A stretch of DNA of 64,000 nucleotides from Pseudogymnoascus verrucosus. Lineage: Eukaryota. The notes beneath the pieces were generated by a model. It ran no database searches, was not told the DNA's origin, and worked only from the letters and a program-made list of their open reading frames with translations. This document shows, piece after piece, positions 12,710 to 26,244 of the stretch. How positions within the stretch are numbered: position 1 is the stretch's first letter; every line of letters begins with the position of its first letter. The translations under genes were made by a program, and so were the position numbers. Location: assembly GCA_001662655.1 (NCBI GenBank), contig KV460246.1; one strand, given 5' to 3'.

Positions 12710-13646
12710 TCAGATCTTCTTCCTAAGCACACCAGAAATCCTAGGTAACACAGAATATGGCTCATCGGCCACCTCGATGTCACCAGGGTTCTCCCACTCC
12801 CCAGCAGCGAGGATAGCCGCCTTGACATCCCGATTTATACAGCACCCAACGAGTGCGCTCCATGCAGGATTCAAACAAGCTATTCTCATATTAGCTCCTC
12901 TCTAGAACCTCCATAATATAATAACCAATACGTACCTTGTGTAACAGCCGTGACATTATCCTTATTCTTCACGTGCTCCCAAAACACAAAGCTCCCCCCC
13001 GGCTTCAACAACTTCCACACCTCCCTCATCACGCTATCCACATCCCCCACCGCGCACAGCACCTGAATACTCAGTACCGTATCCAAGCTCCCCTCTGCAA
13101 CCCCCTCGCCTCTCAAAAGCTCGCTGTCTTCAACGCCACACGCGATGAAGTTGTACTTATCCCCGAGATCAGCTTTCCTGACCTTTGCAGCAATCACATC
13201 TCTATACTTGGGGTTGGGGTCAACCGCGTAGATGAAGTCTACGAGAGATTGATCGTAGCGGTGGATTTGGTTGCCTGGTCCGGGACCTAGTTCGAGGATT
13301 GTGCCTCGAGCGGAGCGGACGAGGGAGGGGACACAGGTGGTGTCTTCAAAGGCGATAAAGCCGTTGGCTGTGGATGGGAGTTAGAATATAGCAGTTGAGC
13401 TAGAACAGGAAAGTTACAAGTTGTGATGAAGAGGTTTGCCGTGGCAGCATCTCGAATTCGTTGAGGACGTGCAAGTGCGGCGAGGCCATCTTTGCGAAGT
13501 GCTTCTTTGAGAGCGGCGTAGTGAACTATTTTTGGGAATTAGTATTTTGATATAGATGAGGATGGGAAAGGAGGATTACATGTGATGGATAGCCAGATGA
13601 GCTGGAGTGGGCGGACGATAGTAGTGAGGCGGTCTTTGAGGGCCAT
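12710..13646 (-). CDS. SAM-dependent methyltransferase (METTL7/type 11-like), 4 exons
   Basis: Spliced frame gives ILELGPGPGNQ (motif I), SLDTVLSIQVLCAV, LLKPGGSFVFWEH and GCCINRD; ATG 13646 (MALKDRL), stop after RKKI. Confidence 0.85.
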
Positions 13647-13925
13647 GGCGCTTTATTTTATATAAGTTGCAAGTATATAAAGATAACAAATTTGGTGGGG
13701 GGGGTGGTGGTTTATATACCCGTTCTGTAGGGTTGGTTAGACCCGGGGCGGCAAGCGCTGATAAATAAGCACGTAATATCAAGAGATGGGGATTCGGGTG
13801 GCATAAAGCAAGGCTGGAAGCTGCAGGATTCAATAGCTCAAGCATGACCACCCGCAGTTAAAATCAACCTTTGAGTTCCGAAGATAATGTATTCTATTTA
13901 TACATTAATATAACAAGAGATGGAT

Positions 13926-15643
<1,718 letters not shown>

Positions 15644-15966
15644 CTAGCTTGGTTCAACAACACAAATAGTTTGCAGCTTTATAAATACATGCAAGCAGGC
15701 TTCAAAGAAATAGAAAATAATTATTCCACAAGCCGATGTTTTGTTGCCACGAGATTACCAATTAATTTTGATTACAACGGATATGGGCCGAGGCTGGCAT
15801 CGATTCGTAGATTTAGTAAGCAAATCCCGACTTACATAATCATCAGCCTCGTCGCGTCCACTACAGTACCAGTAAATTGTTAGTAAACTGGCGCGAACCA
15901 CAACTCAATTCGCAGCCCATCTGGACCCTCAAACCCCGCCAGATCCCACCAAACCCCGGATAATGG

Positions 15967-16983
15967 ATGGCCCTCCAACTACTCTCTACCCTTAAAGGGG
16001 CGGCACTCAAACAACTCGCGTTTAAATGCGGCGTATCAACTTCTGGCGTGAAGGCCGCTCTCTGCCAGCGATTACAAGATGAGATTCCTCTCTTACCTGG
16101 GTCAAAGCCCGCGGGGAAGTCAGGGGCGAAGAGAGAACCGATGAGGATATTGAGTATAGATATGGGAATTCGCAATCTAGCCTACTGCGTCCTCGACGTT
16201 CCGACGGATTCCTCTGTCCCCAAACTTGTGGCATGGAAACGCATTGCAGTGTCATCAGCTCCAGTACCGAGCAATGACAAAAGCGAGTTGGCTACAAAAG
16301 TAGAAAAGGAGTCTTTCGAACCGCCCGTCCTCTCTGCTGCCGCATTCAAGCTTCTCCGCAAGACTCTCTTGCCCCATAATCCAACCCACATCCTCATTGA
16401 ACGCCAACGCTTTCGATCCATGGGCTCCCCAAAGATCCTCGAGTGGACAGTAAGAGTTAACATGCTGGAAAGCATGATCTACGCTATTCTCCTTACCCTC
16501 CGAGAGGAAGGTGCCTGGAACGGAACTGTGGTTCCAATTGCTCCCGGCAAGGTGGGACCGTTCTGGTTGGAGGGTGAAGAAGCTACCACTGTCGCTTTGG
16601 AGGAAGCGGAAACAGAGGGGTCTAGTCCAACCTCAATGGTGAAGACGAAGACACGGAATGCTAAGCTTGCAAAGGCTCTTAATAAAGGAGCTAAGATAGA
16701 CCTGGTTCGCAACTGGCTGGCCATTGGCGACAGGGTTGGGGTGGATTCTCCGGATGTAGAGGCACTTGTGAAGGCATATTTGGACAAGTGGGACAAGAAG
16801 CCCGGAGGCGTTAAGGGGAAAAGGCCGGCTAAAGATGCTGTAGCCACCATCGAAAAGATGGGCAAGCTTGACGACCTTGCGGACAGTCTGCTCCAGGGTA
16901 TGGCATTCATCCAGTGGGAGGAGAATAAAAGGATAGCTAGAGAAGATGGTATAAGCAGCTTGCTGGAACCAGCTGCAAAGTAA
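15967..16983 (+). CDS. CCE1: Mitochondrial Holliday-junction resolvase (Cce1/Ydc2 family) with N-terminal SAP-like motif
   Basis: ILSIDMGIRNLAYC, ILIERQRFRS and KLDDLADSLLQG; N-terminal LKQLAFKCGVSTSGVKAALCQRL. Confidence 0.9.
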   Translation: MALQLLSTLKGAALKQLAFKCGVSTSGVKAALCQRLQDEIPLLPGSKPAGKSGAKREPMRILSIDMGIRNLAYCVLDVPTDSSVPKLVAWKRIAVSSAPVPSNDKSELATKVEKESFEPPVLSAAAFKLLRKTLLPHNPTHILIERQRFRSMGSPKILEWTVRVNMLESMIYAILLTLREEGAWNGTVVPIAPGKVGPFWLEGEEATTVALEEAETEGSSPTSMVKTKTRNAKLAKALNKGAKIDLVRNWLAIGDRVGVDSPDVEALVKAYLDKWDKKPGGVKGKRPAKDAVATIEKMGKLDDLADSLLQGMAFIQWEENKRIAREDGISSLLEPAAK

Positions 16984-17423
16984 TACAGATAAACCCAAAT
17001 CTAAACCATAATTTCTTATTGTTTGGTATACAACATCACCACACGTCTATTCTAACATTTCCCTTTATTCTGTATGAGGAACAGATGCAAACCTAATGTA
17101 TAAAGACAATCAAGAGAACCACAAGGAAAATAAGTCTATTGGTATACTGAGATCCGCCACTGCAAAATATCCGAACTCGATTCCATGAACCTAGCGTGTT
17201 TAATCCAGCTTTCCCATGTACTGTAGCGAAGATGACGGTTGTATCCGGAACTCGTTGATATTGGATGCCCTGACGGGTGACGTGCCATGATGTTCAGGGT
17301 CCGCCCGATGCCAACATGACGCGTGGGGCGAGGCGCTAGAATAAACCGCATTTGCTAAGATAACACGAGGATCACTGCACATAACGGACGCAGGCACGGG
17401 AAAATCCGCTCTGGACTGGACGA

Positions 17424-18069
17424 TTATAGCAGCTGGCTGGCGAGGCCGGAAAGGACGATGACTGATCCGAGGAGGACGCTGGAGCCGGCCTTCAAGCTAG
17501 AACCGGCACCGGTCTCGGTGGGCGATGCGGTGCCTCCACTGCGAATTGTTAGCTATGGATCTCGCTGGGGTTATACGATGGACACGAACGTTGTGGTGGC
17601 GGCGGCATCATTGCCAGCGGGGCCAGTGGTAGAGGCAGAGTCGGAGCTGGAATCAGAGCCGGAGTCGGACTTGGATCCAGTCTGGGTTGGGGCGGATGTC
17701 ATGGAGGTAGAGGTTGGGAGAGCTACGAAGCGTTAGATTCTGGCACTTGAGAGGCAAACAACAGCCCAACGCACTGATGGTGACACCGCTAGCAAGGCAG
17801 GTAGAGGAGTAGATCTTGACGGCTGCAGCCTTGTTGTCGCCGCTGCACTTCTCGGTGATGTTGCCGTAGAAGGCGTCGAGGCCGGACTTGCAGAGGGTTG
17901 GGATATCGGCTGGGTTGGATTGCTCGCTTTCTGGGGGTTAGCTGGGCTCGAATAGTTCAGTAGGCTTCGTGGGATTATACCCAAGGGCAGCAATCAAGCA
18001 GGCAGGTGGCGTGGCAAGGGCGACGCGTGCGAAAGCCGCGATGGCAACGAAGAAGAATGAGGCGTGCAT
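17424..18069 (-). CDS. GPI-anchored cell-wall protein with a Cys-containing N-domain and Ser/Thr-rich stalk, 4 exons
   Basis: Signal peptide MHASFFFVAIAAFARVALA; TPPACLIAALG...NPADIPTLC...EKC...STC; S/T/D-rich linker; hydrophobic end VLLGSVIVLSGLASQLL*. Confidence 0.8.
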
Positions 18070-18745
18070 TTTGGTATCTGAAAGGAGTAAAGCGCGAGGT
18101 AATTGGACGACTGAAAATGAGTGAAGTCTCGTGGAAAAGAGCGTTGGTTCCTTAAGGAGAGTGTAGAAGAGCGAGTCTTCTGAATAGTACACAAAGTAAT
18201 GAATGTGGTGATTGAATCGCTGTTGTGAGGTTGAAAGATGGAATTGAAGGTCAAGGTTCCTGGCGTCCCCGAATGCCTTGGCGTTAGACCCGCACGTCTC
18301 AGGAGATTATGTTCTATTTCAGGGATACGATGGAACAGATTAGTCCTCTTTGGGAAATATTATGCACTTCTCAAATACTTCCACTGTCAACGACATAAAT
18401 GTTCTTTTACTTTTGAAGGTTTGGTCGGAAGTATTTAGTTCTCCAAAGAAGTAAATACTACGCGTACCAGATATCTAATCATCACTACGGAATGGGGAGT
18501 TTCTGTCACGCTTATAATTATGATGGTACTGGAAAAGATGCAGCAACAACTCCATCTTGTAACATTCTCGAATTAGAATTGGCTAATACAGCAAGAAAAA
18601 CAAGTAACGCAGTGAATGTCGACCCATCTCAATGGGTTAGACATTGCCCAGCCCCTTTCAATGAGACTCCTTGCCTTCGCGATTGGACAAATATCATCTC
18701 GCTTTCATAAAACCTTGGGTAATAAACAACATATTAAATCTCGAC

Positions 18746-19897
18746 TCAGTAACCGTTCATAGTCATCCTCTGGGAGCTCCTGCTCATCTCACGATCCGCC
18801 GCAGGGCTGATGGGTCGGCTGCCGGCGTGTCCAGCAGCGCTGCTCTCCTTCAGGGCCAGAAGCTGCTTGGCACGGAAAGTCTCGTAGTGGATCTGAGACG
18901 TCGTCTCGATCAGGTCTTGCAAGTGAGTGCGAGTGAGGAAGTTGCGGAGGTACACAAATTCGCAGTGGTTCTCATCCTCGACATTGATAACACCCCAGCG
19001 GTTTTGGCGACCACGAACCTGCTTGCCCGCGACGATGATGGACTTCTCAGAGCCAACAACAGCGAATGGGATGATATCCTACAAACAAGTTAGTGAGGGT
19101 CTAGCAAAGCGTATACAGACATCATACCTTGATCTGCGCATTCAGGGCGCGCTCCTCCTCGTCAAGCTCATCGTTATCGTATGGGTACATCTTCAGGTTG
19201 TGGAAGGCAAACTCCTCCTTGATTCTCTCCTTGAATGCGCTGCGCTCCTCAAGTGTTAAAGAGTCAGACTTGGCGATAACTGGCACAACGTTGACAACGT
19301 CGGAGAGCTTCTTAAGCACAACAATATCGATTGGCTTCAGGGCGTGGCCGGAAGGCTGGATGAAGAAGAGGCAGCAGTGAATGCGGGTATCTTGGATGTA
19401 ACGCTCTCTTTGAGCAGTGAGCTCCTTGCGGAGGTAGGCGGAGTGCTGGTCCTTGATGTACTTGACGATTGGGTCCCAGCATCTGTCGTTGTTTACTTGG
19501 TCGCCGTAACCCGGGGTATCGACAATGTTCAGGCGGAGGCGCACACCGTTCTCCTCGATAATGTGCGACACGGTTTGGATCTCGGTCGTGGAGCGGACTG
19601 GCTCATCTGGAGCGAGACGTCCCTTCGAATCGATGAGGTGGGATGCGAAGATGGTGTTGATGAGAGTTGACTTTCCAAGACCGGTTTGACCTAACAATGC
19701 AGTTAGCAATTGCCTCGTGGAGTACAATTAAATAAATTGATCTGTAGATCTGTCTATAACATACCAACGCAGATAACATTGAACTGGAAACCGCGCTTCA
19801 GGAGCTTGCGCTCGATCTGCGATGTGATGCTGTCGAAACCAACATGGCTCCGTGGGAACACCGACTGCGCTCCTGTTCTCTCCTGGGTAGCAGACAT
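18746..19897 (-). CDS. CDC10: Septin Cdc10/AspD, 3 exons
   Basis: [47 protein letters not shown] and AKSD GTPase motifs; no C-terminal coiled coil, as expected for the Cdc10 group. Confidence 0.95.
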
Positions 19898-20268
19898 GAT
19901 GGAGTCGACAAGATGTATATTATTCAGGTGTCCTTGGTTCAATTAACTGGAGATACTAGAAAACGAGGGAGAAATGTGAGAGTGTCGTCGTCTGTGGAAG
20001 GTCAAGGTATCTCTCTCCGCGAGGTAATCGCCAAATTTCCCCTACAGTCGCGGGTTCCAAGAACCCCTTTCTCGCCAGGAACTTTCCAGGCTACATCCGG
20101 CTTAGCTCTGTCCGACCCCCAGAATTGGCATGGTCCGTGCTCTACGAAAAGCGTGATACGCCGAGACATAGCGAATTTATATAGCTTCATGTAACAAATC
20201 ACCCAAAATCACCCAAATCACCCATTGTATGAGCTACTGTCGCGACATCGATCCCTAATCCCTTCACA

Positions 20269-20758
20269 ATGGCGGCAGCACAGTCAACCTCGTCGATTCT
20301 CTCTTTCCTACTCCCTCGTGTGTCCGCCCCGGCAGCATCGGCCGCTTCGCGCTCTACGACTCTCTTCTCGAGATACGCCTCAACTCCGATCCTTCCTACG
20401 ATTGCTTTCGCCATTCCCGCGTCGATACGTCTCAATGTTCCTTCTCTGCTCGGCGATATCTGGGAGTCGGTTCTCCGAGCTGTGCCCAAGAAGAAGACAT
20501 CCCATATGAAGAAGAGGTCGCGCTTCATGGCTGGCAAAGGACTGAAGGATGTTACGGAACTCAACAAGTGCTCAGCATGCGGGCATGTTAAGAGAGCGCA
20601 TTTGCTGTGCCCTTACTGCGTGAAAGGTAAGATCAAAGCTGCTTGTTGTTTTGGGAGGAGGGACAATGCTGATCATATTTTCTACAGAGATCCAAGACAT
20701 GTTCAAGGCGACGATGAAGAAGGCATCTGGGACGACTGGGACGACCAAGTCTGAATAA
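20269..20758 (+). CDS. MRPL32: Mitochondrial ribosomal protein bL32m, 2 exons
   Basis: Presequence, then [15 protein letters not shown] and [17 protein letters not shown]; intron about 20627-20687. Confidence 0.92.
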
Positions 20759-21123
20759 GTGCACTGTATAATTTGGAGGCTGTAAATTTGAAGTCTGATA
20801 GAGAGGTCTGGCATTGCAACTGGCGTTATTCAAGGGCGATGGGAAAGCGAAGATGGTGGTAATGGCTACATGCTGTTGCCAATGTGACAATATTGTATAA
20901 AATATAACAAAAGATTGATCTCACTAGATAGAGATTGATATGTTACAATATGTATCAACATAAACCTTTGCAAACTTGTGGTGATGGGATATGGGGTAGA
21001 AATATCTCGGGCGCGACTCCCAACGTCATCCAGTCGCCAAATTTAAACCCCGCCAAAACCAGCCTTAACCTCTGTAAACACCAGCCTGCCCGCGCGCGCG
21101 TACCAAGACGTGGATAGGTGACA

Positions 21124-22226
21124 ATGGTAAGAACTATATGCCTCTTTACGTATGATTCCAGTAGACTAAAACCTCACAGTCCAAACAATACCTAACCACC
21201 CACACGATTGACGATGGTATGGTCCCAAGCCTTTCCCCGAATGCTATTCGCATGCTGACCAGACATAGCTCACCCCACCGACATATTCGCAGTCGCAGTG
21301 ACACCCACACAGCTTCTTTCTGCATCCGGATCCTCTACAATCAAAATATACTCCACAGCCAGCCCCGACATACCTCTGGTGCAAAGCCTCTCCGGTGCAC
21401 ACCCTGTTGGCTGCCACCACATCACAACCTCCCGCTCGGGCACCGTCGCCGCATCTGCAGGATTTGGGGGCGAACTCAAGATCTGGACGATAGATCCCGA
21501 GTCGGAACAATGGTCACTGCAGGCAGCAATAGAAGATGGAAACGGGGCGGGCGAGGTTTGGGCCCTAGCTTTGAGTGCTGATGGGCGCTTCCTCGCTTCT
21601 ACGACGATAGACGGGAGGATAAATGTGTGGGATATATCTACGCCGAAGGCGGAGAAGAAGGTTAGGGAGTACGAGACGAAGGGTAGCTTCGGGCTGTGCG
21701 TGGATATGAGTCGGGATGGGAAGTACACGGCGAGTGGGCATGAGAATGGTGCTGTTTATGTGTTTGATAACGACACAGGCAGGATGATGTACTCGATGCC
21801 AGGTTAGTCTCCTCTTTTCGCTGTGGTACCACATTCCAACTAACACAGCATATAGGTCTTGTGAAGCCTGTCCGAACCGTCGCATTTTCTCCAGCTGGCT
21901 CTCGTCTCGCAGCTGCAGGTGACTCCAAGATCATCGCGCTCTATGACGTCCAGCACGGCGAGCAGGTTGCCAATCTTACCGGGCACGCAGCGTGGGTTTT
22001 CTCGGTCGACTGGAGTGATACTGGCGAGTACCTTCTTAGCGGATCTTTTAATGGAAAGGCCAAGGTGTGGTCAGTGGAGTTGAGGACTTGCGTGGCTACT
22101 CACAGCGAAACAGAAAAGGCTCTATGGTCTGTGAAGTGGCTGCCAAAGACGGCAAAGAGCGAGGCGTTTGCAACGGCTGGGGCGAACAGGAGTATCAGTT
22201 TCTACAGGGAGGCAACGGGTGGTTAG
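21124..22226 (+). CDS. SKI8: WD40 protein Ski8/Rec14, 4 exons
   Basis: ATG-only first coding exon, then SKQYLTTHTIDDAHPTDIFAV; WD repeats; C-terminal FATAGANRSISFYREATGG. Confidence 0.88.
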
Positions 22227-22435
22227 ACTATTAGCTAGACCAAAGAAGTTGCACAATATATCCAAATCACACCACTAGAATCGACATTGCCTCCGTGTCT
22301 CTTGTACTATAATATACTGACCTCTATATTCTCTCCTATATTTACAATTATGAGGATAGCATTGTGTTTTGCTCCTTAATTCCAACACATAGATATTTAC
22401 ACGCACATGCCGCTCAATTGCTCCGAGCACATTCA

Positions 22436-24220
22436 TCAATTCGGCCCCGAATAATTCAAATCCACGAGAGACGACATGACCTTTTTGGCAAAATCAACCT
22501 CTTCGCTCTCACCCGACCAATTGCTGTGGATCTCCTCCCAGACTTCCTCTGTCCTTTTGATGCCAGCGCATTTCGCAAACGCCTTCAAGGCCCAAATCAC
22601 AGTCCACTTCCCTATATATACATCTTCGTTCCGCTCATCATGATGAGCTTTGATAAAGGCTGACCAAACGCTCTCGAGGCGTTTGTCTGTCCAGTGCGAA
22701 TACAATTCACCCCCATGGTTTGCGAAGCCATTGAATAAGGCTAGAAATATTGAGCCATGAATAGGCACATTGAATAAGGACATATCGTCAAGCATCCGGG
22801 TAGTCATGTGAAGTTGTCCCCCATGAACGGCAAGGTGGTTGATCAAGAGCCGATATGTTCGTATGTCAGGGGCGATAATTGACGTTTTCTTGTACTGCTC
22901 AAGTAACTGAGGATCGAACCGTGCGCGCTCTGCGAGTTTAACCAGTGACCGATCCATTTCCCTCCGTTTTCGAGCATCCCGGGGCGGTGGCTCAGCGCTG
23001 CTCTCGATATGCAAACGTTTCATACGCTCATATACGTGAATTGCTGCCTGTGGCTCTCTGGCTCGTATGAGAGATGCAATAACACAATTCATAACGACTG
23101 TGTCGACAATCTCCCCGGCGTCAATAAGTGCTTTGTATGCACTTCGAACACTGTCGCCGTCTCCACGGAGCCCATGGAAGTATATTAGGCTGACGTGATG
23201 GAATCGGTTATAGGGGAGCCCTCGGTTCTTCATTTCTTGGTATATCATTTCCGCAAGGTGAAATTTGCCAGCCTTGGTAGCTGCATCGAATAAAATGTTG
23301 AATGTGGCCGAGTTTGCTTCAACGCCCGCAATATGCTCCATCTCCTTGAACATTTTTAGACTTGCTTCAACTTCGATGGTCGTCGGTTTGTCCATGTAGC
23401 TTGCCACGAATGATGTCGCAGTATTCCATTCTTCCAGGGTAAGAGAAATAGCATTCAACTTCATATCGTCAATGACGGATAAGTATCGCATCATGGAGCG
23501 CTCGTCCTTCCGGAGCACCGTCCCAAGATTCCGAAGCAACTGATGCCTCGTTTTTGCACTAAGGTATGGAACTCTGGGCGATGGGAGTGACCGGTAAAGT
23601 TGAAATATGGTCTCGGAATCATAGTATCGGTCCTTCAATGCTTCCCCAAGTTGCTTAAGAATCCCCTCAAATTCGCCGTCTACAGGCCACTGGTATTCTT
23701 GGGGCGGCCATTCAACATCTTCTGCTTTGTCTGAAACTGTGAGATTTGGCCCTGGAGCTAGCTGGTACATTTGAACTTCGTCTGAGGAAGGGTCGGGCTG
23801 GAGGTCGTAATGGTCGACAAGGGCTAAGAGTCTGTCTTTGCCAATCTGCCCTTCGCTGATAGCGGCACATGCTGATGTATGTTGCTGGCGGCGCGTTATA
23901 AAAGTCGAGTGAAGCCCGCTGCTTCTTGGTTGAAATGATTGTAGGTGCTTGACACCTTCAAGTTGCAGACGTCGTGGCCGCGAGGGTCCATGGTCCTTAC
24001 ACTGGCCAGCGCCCACCAATGCTCCTATGAACCACTGCTCTAGCCCAATGGACCCAGCTGCGTTGCGTATGAGAGAACGGCGGTATGGATTTTGTCGTCC
24101 TCGAGTAAGTGGTATGTCAGACTTCCCAGGTGTTTTGGAGGGTGCAAGAAGCTGTAGCTTTGCTACCTTCTTGACAACAGAGCCGGTTGTCGACTTGTCA
24201 ACTTTTCCGAAGAAGGACAT
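22436..24220 (-). CDS. Mitochondrial pentatricopeptide-repeat (PPR) protein
   Basis: PPR-like units ANSATFNILFDAATKAGKFHLAEMIYQEMKNRGL, VDTVVMNCVIASLIRAREPQAAIHVYERM and PDIRTYRLLINHLA; true start uncertain. Confidence 0.85.
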   Translation of the reverse strand: MSFFGKVDKSTTGSVVKKVAKLQLLAPSKTPGKSDIPLTRGRQNPYRRSLIRNAAGSIGLEQWFIGALVGAGQCKDHGPSRPRRLQLEGVKHLQSFQPRSSGLHSTFITRRQQHTSACAAISEGQIGKDRLLALVDHYDLQPDPSSDEVQMYQLAPGPNLTVSDKAEDVEWPPQEYQWPVDGEFEGILKQLGEALKDRYYDSETIFQLYRSLPSPRVPYLSAKTRHQLLRNLGTVLRKDERSMMRYLSVIDDMKLNAISLTLEEWNTATSFVASYMDKPTTIEVEASLKMFKEMEHIAGVEANSATFNILFDAATKAGKFHLAEMIYQEMKNRGLPYNRFHHVSLIYFHGLRGDGDSVRSAYKALIDAGEIVDTVVMNCVIASLIRAREPQAAIHVYERMKRLHIESSAEPPPRDARKRREMDRSLVKLAERARFDPQLLEQYKKTSIIAPDIRTYRLLINHLAVHGGQLHMTTRMLDDMSLFNVPIHGSIFLALFNGFANHGGELYSHWTDKRLESVWSAFIKAHHDERNEDVYIGKWTVIWALKAFAKCAGIKRTEEVWEEIHSNWSGESEEVDFAKKVMSSLVDLNYSGPN

Positions 24221-24530
24221 GGACCGTCAAACATGGTGTCGCATATTCTGTAATCAGAAATGCAGCAGTGCCATGGCAGGAATGAGATACAATGAAATTT
24301 TATATTGTGTCGGCGACAGGAAGGCTGATATGCCAGGATTGGCGCTAGCGTTACTCCGCGAAATAAAGTATTTTGTACGCGACAATGGGTGACCACGGAT
24401 CTTGCCGAGTCAGAAATCAATCCAAGTCCCCGACACCCTCAACCGCCAATTGCTCCTCAACAGGTCGAAGCAATCGCCCAGAGGCAACCACTGTGCCTCT
24501 ATAGTGGAGTTTTCAATCATTCTATAAGAC

Positions 24531-25335
24531 ATGGGGCGATACAACTTCTCCCCAACCCGTGTCCACCATGCGGCCGCGAGGCTTGTAGAGCGCCGGAAAC
24601 TTGAAGCCGATGGTGGCATACTCCATGTCATACCGCCATGGTTCAAAACAGTCTCGGCGGTGCCTCCAGGAGGGATCCTTACAAGGTCACAGCCCATACA
24701 GCACTCGGAGGTTCCGCGGAAGATTCGAACGAAGAAGCCAAGCAAAATGTACATGCCGACGAACATCAGCTACGAGGAAGATGGTCTCAGGGAAAACTTT
24801 TATAGCGACCATCCTTGGGAACTTGCTCGGCCGAGAGTTATTCTTGAACAGGACGGAAAGGATGGGCAAAAGTGCGATTGGAGCAAAATAGAACAGCCGG
24901 ATAGAGAATTGAATGGTGAAAGGTTAGTGATTGGACTAAGCTTTGGAAATGGAAGCACTGCTAACATATAATTAAAGCGTCATTCAACGGCAATTGTGGC
25001 TACTCAAGAACAAGCCGGACATGACGTCCGCGAAAGCCTACGACCAGGCACGGAAAGAATTCTACGCCATCCGTCACCAGGAGGATGTTGAGAGGAGAGT
25101 CGCCAAAGAGGAAGCTCTCGCTACTGGCGCATATTTCGGGAAATCGATGCTGGAGATTGGTATGGAGTTGGAGGATAAGACATACGAGTCGTGGAAGGCG
25201 TGGGCACAAAATGAAGTTGAGGTTATTGACCAACAACGAAGTGCTCAATATACGGGCGCTGAATTAGCTCCAGCAGAGGAAGCCATCCTGGAGGAGGCGA
25301 TTGAGGAGGAAGTTGAGGCACCGGCGCCGTCATAA
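24531..25335 (+). CDS. RSM25: Mitochondrial small-subunit ribosomal protein mS23 (Rsm25), 2 exons
   Basis: [37 protein letters not shown] and [10 protein letters not shown]; intron about 24923-24977 with AAG acceptor. Confidence 0.92.
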
Positions 25336-26244
25336 TCTGGGCATTTGTTCTGGTAGCAGTGTATCACTAAATCTAGCAAGGGGTTTGTACAAAAAGATAG
25401 ATAGTGGCATGTACAATATGTAGCGATTACAGATTTCACATTCATCCATGGTTGCTCCGAATGCAACAATGTGCTCACTTGATATACTGATCTCGCGATA
25501 TTTGGCGTTGAAGTAGAGGTGTATGTGGTGCATATATTTCCAATAATAATTGAATATTTTTATAGTAGGCTGAATATTATGGCTAATATATGAGTTTCAC
25601 TATTATCAACATTTTGAAAATACACGGCTTGGACATGCAGTCATGGACGAAAGGTAGCAAGGGAGTTAAATACAAGAATTTACCTCTGGGAGTAACTATT
25701 GTAATTAATTTTAATGTATTGTGAAATAGGCAAGGCTGGCAAACATTCTCTGAACGACGGCATACTGAGCAGTTAATTAAGATCACGACGTATCTTTGGC
25801 GAGGCTGAGGAATTATGAGCTCGAAACCCCTTTTGGGCTGCGACCGCGTTAGGTACCTGCATGGGCGACCCGACAGACTGTAAGCGAGGCGGGAGGTCTG
25901 GCCGCTCGAACTTGATAGTGCACCCATCCACATAGCCACTTCACCCAGCATGACTTATTTATCGATGACCAGTCGAATGCAGCGACAAAGGGGGACGACG
26001 AACATTTAAGAATGAAGCGATATAACTTGAAGGAACCACCAAATTTATCGCATGTCTGCAAAGGCAATATCGAAGATTACGCATGACGGGGTCCGCAGTG
26101 AACAATTCATCAACGAACGGCGCTTCGTCCACAATTGCGCGTCTGTATTCGCGCTTCTCGGAGGAACGTTGAAACGTTGACCGACAGCCCCTCAAACGGC
26201 CAACATCAATTGTGATTCTGCGCGAGCAGATCCATAGATTCCTC

